Shown: positions 48,707-58,131 of the stretch, in pieces | How the letters are laid out: each line of letters starts with the position of its first letter | Position numbering within the stretch: position 1 is the first letter of the stretch | NCBI GenBank assembly: GCA_001873215.1 | Contig: MNYS01000009.1 | Coordinates: 3,654 to 67,653, forward strand | Direction: 5' to 3' | Length of the DNA: 64,000 nucleotides | DNA from: Candidatus Levybacteria bacterium CG2_30_37_29 | GTDB taxonomy: Bacteria > Patescibacteriota > Microgenomatia > Levybacterales > GWA1-39-11 | Position numbers and translations under genes: made by a program | Notes under the pieces: model-generated | The model's input: the letters and a program-made list of their open reading frames with translations, nothing else | Database searches by the model: none | Told to the model about the DNA's origin: nothing

Positions 48707-51700
48707 CTAACTAGAAGAAAAAATGTATTTAAAAAATGCCTTAGTTGTACCTACCGCAAAAGAAGCAACACCTACACCCCCACTATAACTAAGCTCTTCT
48801 GCAAGCAATCTTTTATAAGTCACTTTCCCAAGTGGGGCAATATGCTTTTCCCATTCTTCGTTTGTGAAAAATGGAGCTTTAATTTCAACATCCCTAAACC
48901 CGTTTTTCACAACTTCTTGTATCTCAAGACCCCATTCTCCAAAGAACTCTTTAATCATTCGTATTTCATAAGAACTCCAGCGTTCTTGGCCGACTCTCCA
49001 TTTTCTATGATAATACAATTCCTTTCCTATAAGGTAAGCGAAGATGTCGCGAGCAACATATGTGTTCTCTTCTTTCTGTTCCATTATGGCCTTCGTGTCT
49101 GCTCTTTCGTACATGCCCATTTCTCTAATTTCTTTGTTAAACATAAACTCTTTTGTTGTTTTGTCTCCAAAGCGTAGTCTCCTTACGCGCTTTCCATCCT
49201 TGTCTCTTCCCTCTTCTCTCCACCAGCCCCGTGTTTTATCATCCCATAAAAATGCCGGCATGTCATAGGCATATCGTAAATCGTGCCATACTCCTTTTTT
49301 TACTATTTCTTCTGCTTTGTCTTTATCTATGATAAGCCTTCCGCTGTAATCTTTTTTCAAAAACTGTGAAAAATTCATCCCGTGTTTATTTATTAAAAAG
49401 TCCAAAAGCTGAAAAGCATTTGAAACATGTTCTACGGTAAATTGCCTTTGAGCATTCCCTTGAAAATCAAAGTCCTCTAAGGAGGATAAATTAATTTCGT
49501 TTGGATCGCTACTCCCCTGCAAAAGCTTTATTAGTGGCGTATCAAAACCTCTACCGCCTTCCTTTTTTACCTTCAATGCCTGCCATAAATTTAAGCCTAG
49601 CCTTTCTATTCCGTAAACCGTATCATCCATACCGTAAACTCCTCTACCGCCCGACGCTTGTCTTATCCTATATTCTTTTGTGTTTAAAATATTAGACCAC
49701 TTGTCAAATCCTATGGCATCGGTGTCGTTATATGCAGATATTCCTGTCCAGTATGTAAATTTAAACGCCCATGTCTCACCATAATCCCTGTCTATCTCTT
49801 GCTTTTCACTAAGATGTTCTGCTGCGCTAATTCCGTCACGAATTGCTTTTCTCGTAAGATCGATTAATGTCTGTTCCTTTTTGTTCTGACTATAGATATT
49901 TAGTCTGGAAAATGGCATTTCTTTATTTTTTACATTATTGTCCCACTCCTTAAAATCTATAAACTCCTTTTTCGTATTAAAATATTTATGCGAAAGAGAT
50001 CTTAAAGCAAATTCTCTTCTGTTAGCAATTAAGTTATCAAGGTATTCTTCAGATATATTAAGAGGTCTTTTAAAATAAGATGGGTCGTTGGGGTCGCCTT
50101 GATTTACGTAATCCAGAAAATTTTTTTTATCAGCACCGAAGATATCTACTCTTATATCTTCTGCTGTTGGTTTCTTTCCTGGATTTTCAAGCATAAACTT
50201 TTCTTCTTTTATTTTCTCCAGGGCCTTTATCTCTCTACTAAAAGATTGTTTGATTACACTATCATAAAATGCTTTTATGCCCTCGTCGCCAAGCACCTTG
50301 TTAAACATTTCTTCGTCTGGAAGAAAACTATATGCAAGAAGAGCTCTCCTGACAATTTTTCCTACCATTCCCTGATTAATTTCTCCAAGATCAGGGGACT
50401 CCATAAGCTTTTTTACATCTTCGCCTTCAACGCCCGGAAGTTTTAATATCCAAAGCAGCCTTTTTCTGTTCATGGTAAATTCGTTTCCATAGTTAACTTT
50501 CGCAAGCGTTTCATTAACTGCTTTCGCCTGTCCCATTATCAGACGGTAATTTACGTCATTATTGTGATTTTTTCCAAAAAGCCAAACCTCATTTAAGCAC
50601 TCGTCTTTGAGGTGATTATATTCTTCGTCTTTCCCGTATTTATAGCTGTCTGCTCTCAACACCCTATCTTCCTTAACATATACTCCTTCTACTGTTTTTT
50701 CTCTTTTCATAAAATATCTTGAAGTTCCAACAATTTCGGAGAATGTGATAGACCGGTAAATTGTCGGGATGGAAATTTCGGAAAAAAGATTTATCTCAGC
50801 GTCTGGGCTAAAACTATCATAGAAAAGTATTCTGCTTCGTATCCAGGCTAAAAAGTGTGCAGGAATAAATTCTCCTTCTTTATTTATAAGCTCAAGGCTA
50901 CCATTGGTTCTCCACTTATCTTCTTCTGAGTCCATAATAAGCTCGGCAAGATGCTCAAGAGAACGCACTTTTTCCTCCCTAACATCACTTCCTTCGTAGG
51001 ACTTATAGTGCTTAACAATTTTTTCTGCGAAGCTTGTGGCTTTTTCTCTTTGTTTTATAATGTCTATTTCGCCTTTTATTTCTTCAAGCTCTTTTATGTA
51101 GCTTTCGTACGTCTTGTCATCTGCTATTTTTTTTGTAAGCCTTACATATCTTTGAAGCCTATCTAGTTCGCGCTCCATTTCATCATTGGTCTGAACATTT
51201 TTTATTTTTTCTACGATTTTGTCTATCTCAACCGTCGTAAGCTTTTTTATTTTTTTTCCGTCTGCGTACTGTTTCATAAAGGCCGCGCATTCTTCAGGGG
51301 TCATTCCTTGTGTGTATTCTTCTACAGAACCAAGGTCTTCTCCCGTCTCATCATCTTCTTCTCCTTCGCTATCTGCTCCAGCCGCCGTATCTTTTCCGCT
51401 CCCTCCTCCATTTCCCGCTCCCCCTTCTTCCGCACCGGCATCTTCACTATCGCCTAAAAACTCCACTTCGTCTGCCGGAATTAAAGCGTTATTTCCTTCA
51501 ATAGTAAGATACTCGCGTCCGTCCTCTGTCTCTCCAAAACTTCCTGTTACAACAATTGAAATCTCTGTTCCTCCTGTTTTCCACACCGCCCTTCTTCTAG
51601 CTCTTGGGGGGATTTTTTCCTTGGGTGTCGCGGTATCATCTTTTTGCGGAGACGTATCTTCAGCTTCATTCGAAGACCCTTCATCTTCGACAGGTTCTGG

Positions 51701-51856
51701 AATCCATGATTCATTAACTGGAATATCTTTCGAACTTGATCCGTCGAGAATGTCTTCTCCTCCTTCATTCATAGAAAAATCTGCAGGCTTTGCTGCATTC
51801 TTATCCAGTTTAGGTTCTCTTTCCCCGTTTGTCAATTCGCGTTCACGTTCTACCAT
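48707..51856 (-). CDS. Large hypothetical protein (about 1049 aa) with acidic disordered N-terminus
   Basis: Long open frame. TATACT lies 6 nt before ATG 51856, so this start is preferred over 51943. Confidence 0.8.
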   Translation of the reverse strand: MVERERELTNGEREPKLDKNAAKPADFSMNEGGEDILDGSSSKDIPVNESWIPEPVEDEGSSNEAEDTSPQKDDTATPKEKIPPRARRRAVWKTGGTEISIVVTGSFGETEDGREYLTIEGNNALIPADEVEFLGDSEDAGAEEGGAGNGGGSGKDTAAGADSEGEEDDETGEDLGSVEEYTQGMTPEECAAFMKQYADGKKIKKLTTVEIDKIVEKIKNVQTNDEMERELDRLQRYVRLTKKIADDKTYESYIKELEEIKGEIDIIKQREKATSFAEKIVKHYKSYEGSDVREEKVRSLEHLAELIMDSEEDKWRTNGSLELINKEGEFIPAHFLAWIRSRILFYDSFSPDAEINLFSEISIPTIYRSITFSEIVGTSRYFMKREKTVEGVYVKEDRVLRADSYKYGKDEEYNHLKDECLNEVWLFGKNHNNDVNYRLIMGQAKAVNETLAKVNYGNEFTMNRKRLLWILKLPGVEGEDVKKLMESPDLGEINQGMVGKIVRRALLAYSFLPDEEMFNKVLGDEGIKAFYDSVIKQSFSREIKALEKIKEEKFMLENPGKKPTAEDIRVDIFGADKKNFLDYVNQGDPNDPSYFKRPLNISEEYLDNLIANRREFALRSLSHKYFNTKKEFIDFKEWDNNVKNKEMPFSRLNIYSQNKKEQTLIDLTRKAIRDGISAAEHLSEKQEIDRDYGETWAFKFTYWTGISAYNDTDAIGFDKWSNILNTKEYRIRQASGGRGVYGMDDTVYGIERLGLNLWQALKVKKEGGRGFDTPLIKLLQGSSDPNEINLSSLEDFDFQGNAQRQFTVEHVSNAFQLLDFLINKHGMNFSQFLKKDYSGRLIIDKDKAEEIVKKGVWHDLRYAYDMPAFLWDDKTRGWWREEGRDKDGKRVRRLRFGDKTTKEFMFNKEIREMGMYERADTKAIMEQKEENTYVARDIFAYLIGKELYYHRKWRVGQERWSSYEIRMIKEFFGEWGLEIQEVVKNGFRDVEIKAPFFTNEEWEKHIAPLGKVTYKRLLAEELSYSGGVGVASFAVGTTKAFFKYIFSSS

Positions 51857-51987
51857 AAGCGCAGTATACCCGCAGGTGACGGTCCAAACTTGACTTCTAC
51901 CTTGTATTCTCCTCACAAACATCCAACAACCAGGCGAATACAAAGATATCGATGCATAATTCCCAACTTATAAACAAAATTTGCAGT

Positions 51988-52120
51988 TTTAAATTATAAA
52001 TTTTAAATGAATTATCAATGATTAAAAATTTAAAAAAATATTTTGTGAATATAATCTCTGTTTTGATTCATTTTTTCATTTATACTTCACTTTAAATTAA
52101 AAATTGAAAATTTAAAATTA
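51988..52120. repeat. AT-rich 7-bp-periodic intergenic element, second copy
   Basis: AATTATAAATTTTAAATGAATTATCAATGATTAAAAATTTAAA ... AAATTAAAAATTGAAAATTTAAAATT; similar to 20998-21083. Confidence 0.6.
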
Positions 52121-52203
52121 ACATGGAATTGTCATCTATTTAGGGTTTATGACCATAGTTTTTCATCTTTTACCTTCTGTGCTCTATCGTCTATAATGTA
52201 TTT

Positions 52204-53505
52204 ATGGAGCCGAAACACTTTGAAAGCCTTTACCCTGAAAATACGCGCGAAAAAGAGCTTGAAAAGCTTATTTCTATATTGCGCGCGGGAAAAGCGGCGC
52301 AAGTAGTGGGGATTCCGGGTGTTGGCAAAAGCAATGTTTTGCGCCTTCTTCCTTATAATAAAGCAGTCAGGACAAAGCACCTCGGAGTGGATGAAAAAAA
52401 CTTCCACTTTGTCTACATGGACTTTTCAGAAGTAAAAGACCGCGCTCTTTTTGAAGTCGTAAAATTCATACTTATTTCTCTTTCTATGTCGCTTGGCGAA
52501 CGCGGATTTGGAAAAGACCAAAACGTTTTAAACGATTTGCTAAAAGACGCCATAACTTTTCAAGACGACCTCATTCTTTTTCAGGCTTTAAAAAGAGGGA
52601 TAGATTACCTGACGGGTGAAAAGCGCTACTCTGTCGTATTTTTATTTGACAGATTTGATGAATATATTCCGGTACTTGACCCGCGTTTTTTTTCAAATTT
52701 AAAGATTTTGCGAAATCGCGCAAAATATAGTTTTTCCTGTGTTTTTGCAACCACACGGCCTCTGGAGGATATTTTGGAGCCTGTATTTTTTTCCGATTTT
52801 TACGAATTTCTTGTTGGAAATAGTGTTTATCTTCCAATTTTTGACGCGGTAGGCCTCCCCTTTAGGCTTTCGTATCTTGAAAAAATTACCGGTAAAAAAA
52901 CGCGTCCGGAAATAAAAAAAGACGTTATGTCTCTTTGTGGCGGTCACGGAAAATTGACGCGCGTTTCATATGAGCTACTTCTTTCTGAAAAAAAGGCAGA
53001 AGATCTCAAATCTTTTTTGATTTCAAAAAATCAGGTAAAAGGCGCGCTTTTTGAAATCTGGAGCGCCTTAACCGCCGAAGAACAAAAAATTCTAAGGGAG
53101 AAAAAAACAACCGAATACTTAGAAAACGTAGGCCTTGTTTTAAAAAACAATCTTACTATTCCTCTTTTGGAAGAGTTTTTATCAGATCTTCCCCAAACAC
53201 AAAAAGAAGAACTTGTTTTTGACGCCCAAAAAAATGAAATAAAAAAAGGACAGGAAATTCTGACAGAAAAGCTCTCTCCTTCAGAATTTCGCCTTTTGCG
53301 CTTCCTTATTATAAATAGGCCGCGGGTTTGCGAGAAAGAAGAAATTATTGAAAATGTTTGGACAGAGGCAAAAACGCGTGAGGGCGTGACAGACCAAGCT
53401 CTTGACCAGATAATTTACAGGCTTCGCAAAAAAATTGAAAACGACCCAAACAATCCCCAACACATTCAAACAATAAAAGGCCGCGGATATAAGGTTGAAC
53501 AATAA
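52204..53505 (+). CDS. P-loop ATPase fused to C-terminal OmpR/PhoB winged-helix DNA-binding domain
   Basis: GIPGVGKS, FLFDRFD; LSPSEFRLL...DQIIYRLRKKIE..P.NPQHIQTIKGRGY. Confidence 0.88.
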   Translation: MEPKHFESLYPENTREKELEKLISILRAGKAAQVVGIPGVGKSNVLRLLPYNKAVRTKHLGVDEKNFHFVYMDFSEVKDRALFEVVKFILISLSMSLGERGFGKDQNVLNDLLKDAITFQDDLILFQALKRGIDYLTGEKRYSVVFLFDRFDEYIPVLDPRFFSNLKILRNRAKYSFSCVFATTRPLEDILEPVFFSDFYEFLVGNSVYLPIFDAVGLPFRLSYLEKITGKKTRPEIKKDVMSLCGGHGKLTRVSYELLLSEKKAEDLKSFLISKNQVKGALFEIWSALTAEEQKILREKKTTEYLENVGLVLKNNLTIPLLEEFLSDLPQTQKEELVFDAQKNEIKKGQEILTEKLSPSEFRLLRFLIINRPRVCEKEEIIENVWTEAKTREGVTDQALDQIIYRLRKKIENDPNNPQHIQTIKGRGYKVEQ

Positions 53506-53543
53506 CCTTGACTTCCCTTTTACTTTTCCAATATGATTAAAGC

Positions 53544-54986
53544 ATGAAGAGGTTTTTTTGTTTTCTCGCCGTTTTTCTTTTTTTTCTTTTTTATACAGCA
53601 ACCAGTGTGTTTGTGCAAACTGCGTCCGCCGACGAAAACAAAGCAGAGCCTGTTTACATACTCCAAAATTCAGGAGGAAACAAGCCAACCACTACGTATT
53701 CTGCGGCCACAGCACAGTTACCCTTTGATTGGAACCGCGATGAAAAAGGCAACCCCACATCTCCCATCATAAACGGCCGCGTGCAATTTGTCCAAGTCAC
53801 TTTTCAAGGGATTGAAAAACCGGAAGAAGGAGAGCTATATTTTTGTCTTCGTACTAACGAAAAAGACTGCGCAGACGGGGACAATCGCGGCAAATTAAGC
53901 TTAATAAAAGACTCATTTAACGAAAGCGCGAAGACCGTTACGATGATTGTTTGCGGCCGCGGAGAAAAAAACTTAAAAACTTGGGTTCCGGGCAAAAAGC
54001 CCAATGACTGGTGGTGCAATGACAAAAATCACACAACAGATTATTTTCATGAGGGGAATTATTATACAGTCCGTCTTTACGGAAGCAAAACAGGGAATAG
54101 TCTTATAGACAGCATATCTTTTTTTGTCAAGCATTCATTTCCAACTTTTGACCCTAAAACAGGAGCTACGTCTGATAACCCCCCCTTTAAGACACCGTCC
54201 AGAATAAGGATCGGTTTTGACAATAAAAACGAATTAAGCATGCGTGCAGGCCCCTTTAAAAAAAACGCATATTTGTTTGCTCTGGTAAAGCTGGGGGGTG
54301 GATATCAAGATTTTGCTTGTGGCATTTTCGCCCCAACTCAAGAAAACCCCAACTATACATTTACAAACAATGCCTCCTATATGACGCTGGGGTCTTTGGG
54401 TGGTGCCGTTTTTGGTTCTATACAAAGAAAAGACAACGGCGGAGGAGGTCTTGGAATAGGACGTTACGTGCTCACAATATCCGACTGGCCGCTCTCCAAC
54501 GACAACAACATTCTTTCTTGTTTTAAAAAAGGAAACTTTATTTATTATGCCCAGCTAATAACAATTGGCAAGAACGGAGGAACAGCACAAGAACTGATAA
54601 AAGATCCTGCCGGCATGGAGACCGAGGAGGAACTTGAAAAGGCCCCGCCCGCCATACCTTGCAACCCCGGAAAGGCAAACAACGGTGTTGATGAAGGCGG
54701 CAATTGCAAAACCGTCTCAACGGCAATTGGACCAATTGACGTTGACCCACAAAAGTTTATTGCCTCGCTTTTTCAACGCGTTTTATCTATTGCCGGATTT
54801 GCCGCCATAATAATTATCCTTATTGCTTCTTACAACCTTATGTTCTCCGGAGGAAATAAGGAAAAAATTGCGGGCGCACGCGAAACAATTACCGCAGCTG
54901 TCCTTGGTCTTCTTTTTATAATTTTTTCAATTGTTCTTTTGAAAATTATTGGCGTTGATATTTTGCGCATTCCCGGATTTAAATAG
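53544..54986 (+). CDS. Large secreted domain fused to C-terminal VirB2/TrbC-like pilin module
   Basis: Signal peptide, Cys-containing soluble region, then TAIG and TM-SGGNKEKIAGARETITAAVLGL-TM, IIGVDILRIPGF. Confidence 0.75.
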   Translation: MKRFFCFLAVFLFFLFYTATSVFVQTASADENKAEPVYILQNSGGNKPTTTYSAATAQLPFDWNRDEKGNPTSPIINGRVQFVQVTFQGIEKPEEGELYFCLRTNEKDCADGDNRGKLSLIKDSFNESAKTVTMIVCGRGEKNLKTWVPGKKPNDWWCNDKNHTTDYFHEGNYYTVRLYGSKTGNSLIDSISFFVKHSFPTFDPKTGATSDNPPFKTPSRIRIGFDNKNELSMRAGPFKKNAYLFALVKLGGGYQDFACGIFAPTQENPNYTFTNNASYMTLGSLGGAVFGSIQRKDNGGGGLGIGRYVLTISDWPLSNDNNILSCFKKGNFIYYAQLITIGKNGGTAQELIKDPAGMETEEELEKAPPAIPCNPGKANNGVDEGGNCKTVSTAIGPIDVDPQKFIASLFQRVLSIAGFAAIIIILIASYNLMFSGGNKEKIAGARETITAAVLGLLFIIFSIVLLKIIGVDILRIPGFK

Positions 54987-54997
54987 TATAAAAAAGC

Positions 54998-55321
54998 ATG
55001 AAATTACTATCACTTTCGATACCTGAATACGGAAATATTATAGCTCCTACGGGCATACCTGACGGTAGCAATCTTTCTCTTCAAAAAATTGTGACTTTTT
55101 TTCTGACCCTTCTTGTTATCGCGGGAATCTTATTGGCTTTGGTTTTTATAACATTCGGCGCTTTTCAGTGGATTACATCAGGCGGAAGCAAGGAAAAAAT
55201 TGACAAGGCAAGAAAAACAATTTTGTTTTCAGTTATGGGGCTTGTAATTATTTCTCTTTCATTTGTTATCATAGGCCTTGTAGCGGGAGCTCTTGGACTA
55301 GACTCGCTTATCGGCAACTAA
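54998..55321 (+). CDS. VirB2/TrbC-like pilin
   Basis: TM-GAFQWITSGGSKEKIDKARKTI-TM. Confidence 0.8.
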   Translation: MKLLSLSIPEYGNIIAPTGIPDGSNLSLQKIVTFFLTLLVIAGILLALVFITFGAFQWITSGGSKEKIDKARKTILFSVMGLVIISLSFVIIGLVAGALGLDSLIGN

Positions 55322-56754
55322 AAATTTTTCAGAATCACCGAAACACTGTCTTTATATACTTCTTTCCATTTATCTTTTTTAAGGGATGAAAGAAATGAAT
55401 TTTTTTTATTTTTTTTCTCAATAGGCCAAAGCACAACCCCTATATTGTATTTCTTAAACAAAATGCGCCGCTTGGAAACACTGGCTATGGCGTTTTCGTA
55501 GTCTTCAAGCGCATTATTGCTTTCATTTTTTGGGGCATTCTTTTTCCAGCTTGGCATTCTACCGTCAATAAATACTTTTTTTTGGGGAAGTTTCCAGTCC
55601 AAATACCCTCCCCATTCATAACTAGAAAAAATTTGCTTATCCGGAATATTTTTTTGCAAGTACATAACTGCTTTTTGCGGATAAAAATCAGTTTCCAAAT
55701 ACGAAAAAGCTGCCCAAAAAAAAATCAAATAAACAAAGCACAAAATAAAAGAAGAAAGAGTAAAAATACGGGAAAAAAATATCAGACGTTGCATAAAAAT
55801 TTTATCTTTCCTAAAATCTTTCCAAAAATACCTTAATAAATCAGGAAGAATATACAAATTTACAATTACCCAAAAAGGAATATGACGCACGCTGGAAAGA
55901 CCTAAAAAAAGTAAAAAAAAGTATATTCCTATTTTTGTAATGGTAAGTTTTTTGCGATATTTAAAGACAAAAACAAAAGAAAGCGAAAAAAGAACAAGCG
56001 TTGCAAAATTAAAAACAAGAAGAGCCGGAAGCCATTCCATCACCGAAAACCGGAGTCTTGCATCAAACGCCTGCGAAAAAACCTCTGCCCAAATACGCCA
56101 TCCGTACGGATTAATAAATGTTGCAAATATAGACAATGCAACCACAAAAATATCTGTTAATTTGAGTTTTTTGTCCTGTATTGTTTTAAATAAAAGAAAA
56201 AGAACAAGAAGAAAAACCCCCAGTCCGATTGACCCGTGCATATTTACCCACAGAATAAAAACCGGAGGGATAAAATATTTGAATTTTTTCCATTTGTTGT
56301 CATCAAAAAATAAAAAAAGAAGAACAGAAACAAAAAGCCACGAGAGAACTTGAAGCCTTACGCCAAAAGCGGGCATAACAGCAGCTGCTGAAAAGAAATA
56401 AACCCCAAAAAGATACTTATTAAAAGTTCTTATGATTGCAAAAAGAAAAGAAAGTACGGCAATAAAAGAAAAAATAAAAGGGAGAAAAAAAGGAACATTC
56501 GAAAGTACATAAAGCACAATATTTGAAAGATATTCATGATCTATAAAAGGAAATGAAGACATCGTGTAGGAAAAAGGGTCGGTTTTTGGCAACCCACTAC
56601 TAAGAATGATCTCCCCTATCTGCACATGCCACCCAAAATCGGTATCTATTTGTCCTACGGTTTTTAAAAAAAACAAAACTGTCAAAACAAACAATAATCC
56701 AAAAAGGGGCAAGAATGGAGCGTTTCTTTTTTTCACAAGCTTAATAATACCCAT
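55318..56754 (-). CDS. GT-C-like membrane protein inserted antisense within the pilin array
   Basis: DTDFGWHVQIG, DPFSYT, DHEYLS, LWVNMHG, INPYG, EWLP, WGGYL, FIDGR. Start is probably 56754 or GTG 56736. Confidence 0.78.
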   Translation of the reverse strand: MGIIKLVKKRNAPFLPLFGLLFVLTVLFFLKTVGQIDTDFGWHVQIGEIILSSGLPKTDPFSYTMSSFPFIDHEYLSNIVLYVLSNVPFFLPFIFSFIAVLSFLFAIIRTFNKYLFGVYFFSAAAVMPAFGVRLQVLSWLFVSVLLFLFFDDNKWKKFKYFIPPVFILWVNMHGSIGLGVFLLVLFLLFKTIQDKKLKLTDIFVVALSIFATFINPYGWRIWAEVFSQAFDARLRFSVMEWLPALLVFNFATLVLFSLSFVFVFKYRKKLTITKIGIYFFLLFLGLSSVRHIPFWVIVNLYILPDLLRYFWKDFRKDKIFMQRLIFFSRIFTLSSFILCFVYLIFFWAAFSYLETDFYPQKAVMYLQKNIPDKQIFSSYEWGGYLDWKLPQKKVFIDGRMPSWKKNAPKNESNNALEDYENAIASVSKRRILFKKYNIGVVLWPIEKKNKKNSFLSSLKKDKWKEVYKDSVSVILKNF

Positions 56755-56825
56755 AAAAAAGACTTTCTGCAACCGATTCCTACATACCACTTGACAAGGG
56801 TAAAAAAAAATGCTGTAATAATTGT

Positions 56826-57230
56826 ATGAAGTCATTATCACGCATAACAGCTATCCCGTTTGCATTTCTTTTTGCCAATTTGCCCCAAGCATTCGCAGTA
56901 GGAAACAGCCTGGATGCAAGCGTTACCACACCAAATGGAGTTATACCGCCTGAAAAAAGAATAGGGGCAATCGTTACTTTTTTTGTTTCTTTTCTTGTTG
57001 TAATTGCAGTTCTTGCCGCTCTTCTATATATTATTCTCGGCGCTTTTCAGTGGATTACATCCGGAGGAGACAAAACAAAAGTTGAAAGCGCGCGAAATCA
57101 TATTATTGCAGCAGTTATTGGACTTATCATAATTGCTCTTACTTTTGTCATAATAAATGTCCTCATGCAAGTTTTGGGCATAGGAAGCCTCACAAATTTT
57201 CCAATTCCAACACTCGACAGCATCAACTAA
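56826..57230 (+). CDS. VirB2/TrbC-like pilin with signal peptide
   Basis: PQAFA cleavage site; GAFQWITSGGDKTKVESARNHIIAAVIGL. Promoter TTGACA-17-TGTAAT-6-ATG. Confidence 0.85.
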   Translation: MKSLSRITAIPFAFLFANLPQAFAVGNSLDASVTTPNGVIPPEKRIGAIVTFFVSFLVVIAVLAALLYIILGAFQWITSGGDKTKVESARNHIIAAVIGLIIIALTFVIINVLMQVLGIGSLTNFPIPTLDSIN

Positions 57231-57276
57231 CTTCTTCTTGCTTTCAACCAAGTCGTTACCTTACAATAAATAAACT

Positions 57277-57582
57277 ATGGCTGTAACACAAGACTGGACT
57301 TCCTGCCTTGAAAGCGGGGACGTAGCGACACTTAGGTGTATTCCTATTGTCTTGCAAAACATAATTAATTTTTTGGTTATATTTGCAGGAGTCATCGCTG
57401 TTTTTTTTATTGTATTTTCAGGAATCCGCTTTGTGACTTCAGGTGGAGATCCTGAAAAAATCGCGTCTGCAAGAAAAATTTTGACATACGCAATAATAGG
57501 ATTTATTATTGTCGTTTTTTCTTTTGTAATCTTGAATTTAATTGCGAAAACAACAGGCGTTACCCAGCTCGAACCAAGATAA
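57277..57582 (+). CDS. VirB2/TrbC-like pilin
   Basis: C...VATLRC, then TM-SGGDPEKIASARKILTYAIIG-TM. Confidence 0.82.
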   Translation: MAVTQDWTSCLESGDVATLRCIPIVLQNIINFLVIFAGVIAVFFIVFSGIRFVTSGGDPEKIASARKILTYAIIGFIIVVFSFVILNLIAKTTGVTQLEPR

Positions 57583-57706
57583 AAGATTATCTTTTCACAT
57601 TTTGCCTCAAACGGTTGTTTTTTTGACCCATTTCGATACTCTTGAAATGATTATTTTCACGTTATACGCTGTTGTATACAGATAAATTCAAAAGGTAAAA
57701 GACAAA

Positions 57707-58081
57707 ATGCAAAATTACAACTCAAAATTTAAAAGCGATTTGATAAAACGATGCTATCAGTTTAGCTTGGCTATTATAGCCCTTGCCGACACATTACCAA
57801 ATAAAAGAAGCGCATGGGTAATAACCGATCAACTAATAAGATCGGCAACTTCTGTTGGGGCGAATCTGGTTGAAGCAAAATCGGCAAGCTCAAGAATTGA
57901 TTTTAAAAAGTTTCATGAAATTGCCCTTAAAAGCGCCAACGAAACGAAATATTGGCTTGAACTATTAACAGACTCTGGATTGACATCGGTTGAATCGGTA
58001 AACATATTGTTAAAAGAGGTTTACGAAATTGCAAACATGATCGCAGCAGGTGTTATTAAATTAAAAGCTAAAAATTTTTGA
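57707..58081 (+). CDS. Four-helix-bundle protein (23S rRNA IVP / TIGR02436-like)
   Basis: DQLIRSATSVGANLVEA, SRIDF, IALKSANETKYWLELL. Confidence 0.92.
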   Translation: MQNYNSKFKSDLIKRCYQFSLAIIALADTLPNKRSAWVITDQLIRSATSVGANLVEAKSASSRIDFKKFHEIALKSANETKYWLELLTDSGLTSVESVNILLKEVYEIANMIAAGVIKLKAKNF

Positions 58082-58131
58082 GTTCTTACTTGGATTTTTA
58101 ACTTTTGAATTTTTATTTTTGAATTTAATTT

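Noticed and set aside
51219-51893. 224-aa Ser/Pro-rich plus-strand ORF
   Set aside because: It is the antisense reading of the acidic, Gly-rich N-terminus of the large minus-strand gene.
57707-58081. Diversity-generating retroelement (four-helix bundle as Avd)
   Set aside because: No reverse transcriptase and no TR/VR repeat pair with adenine-specific mismatches were seen in the window.
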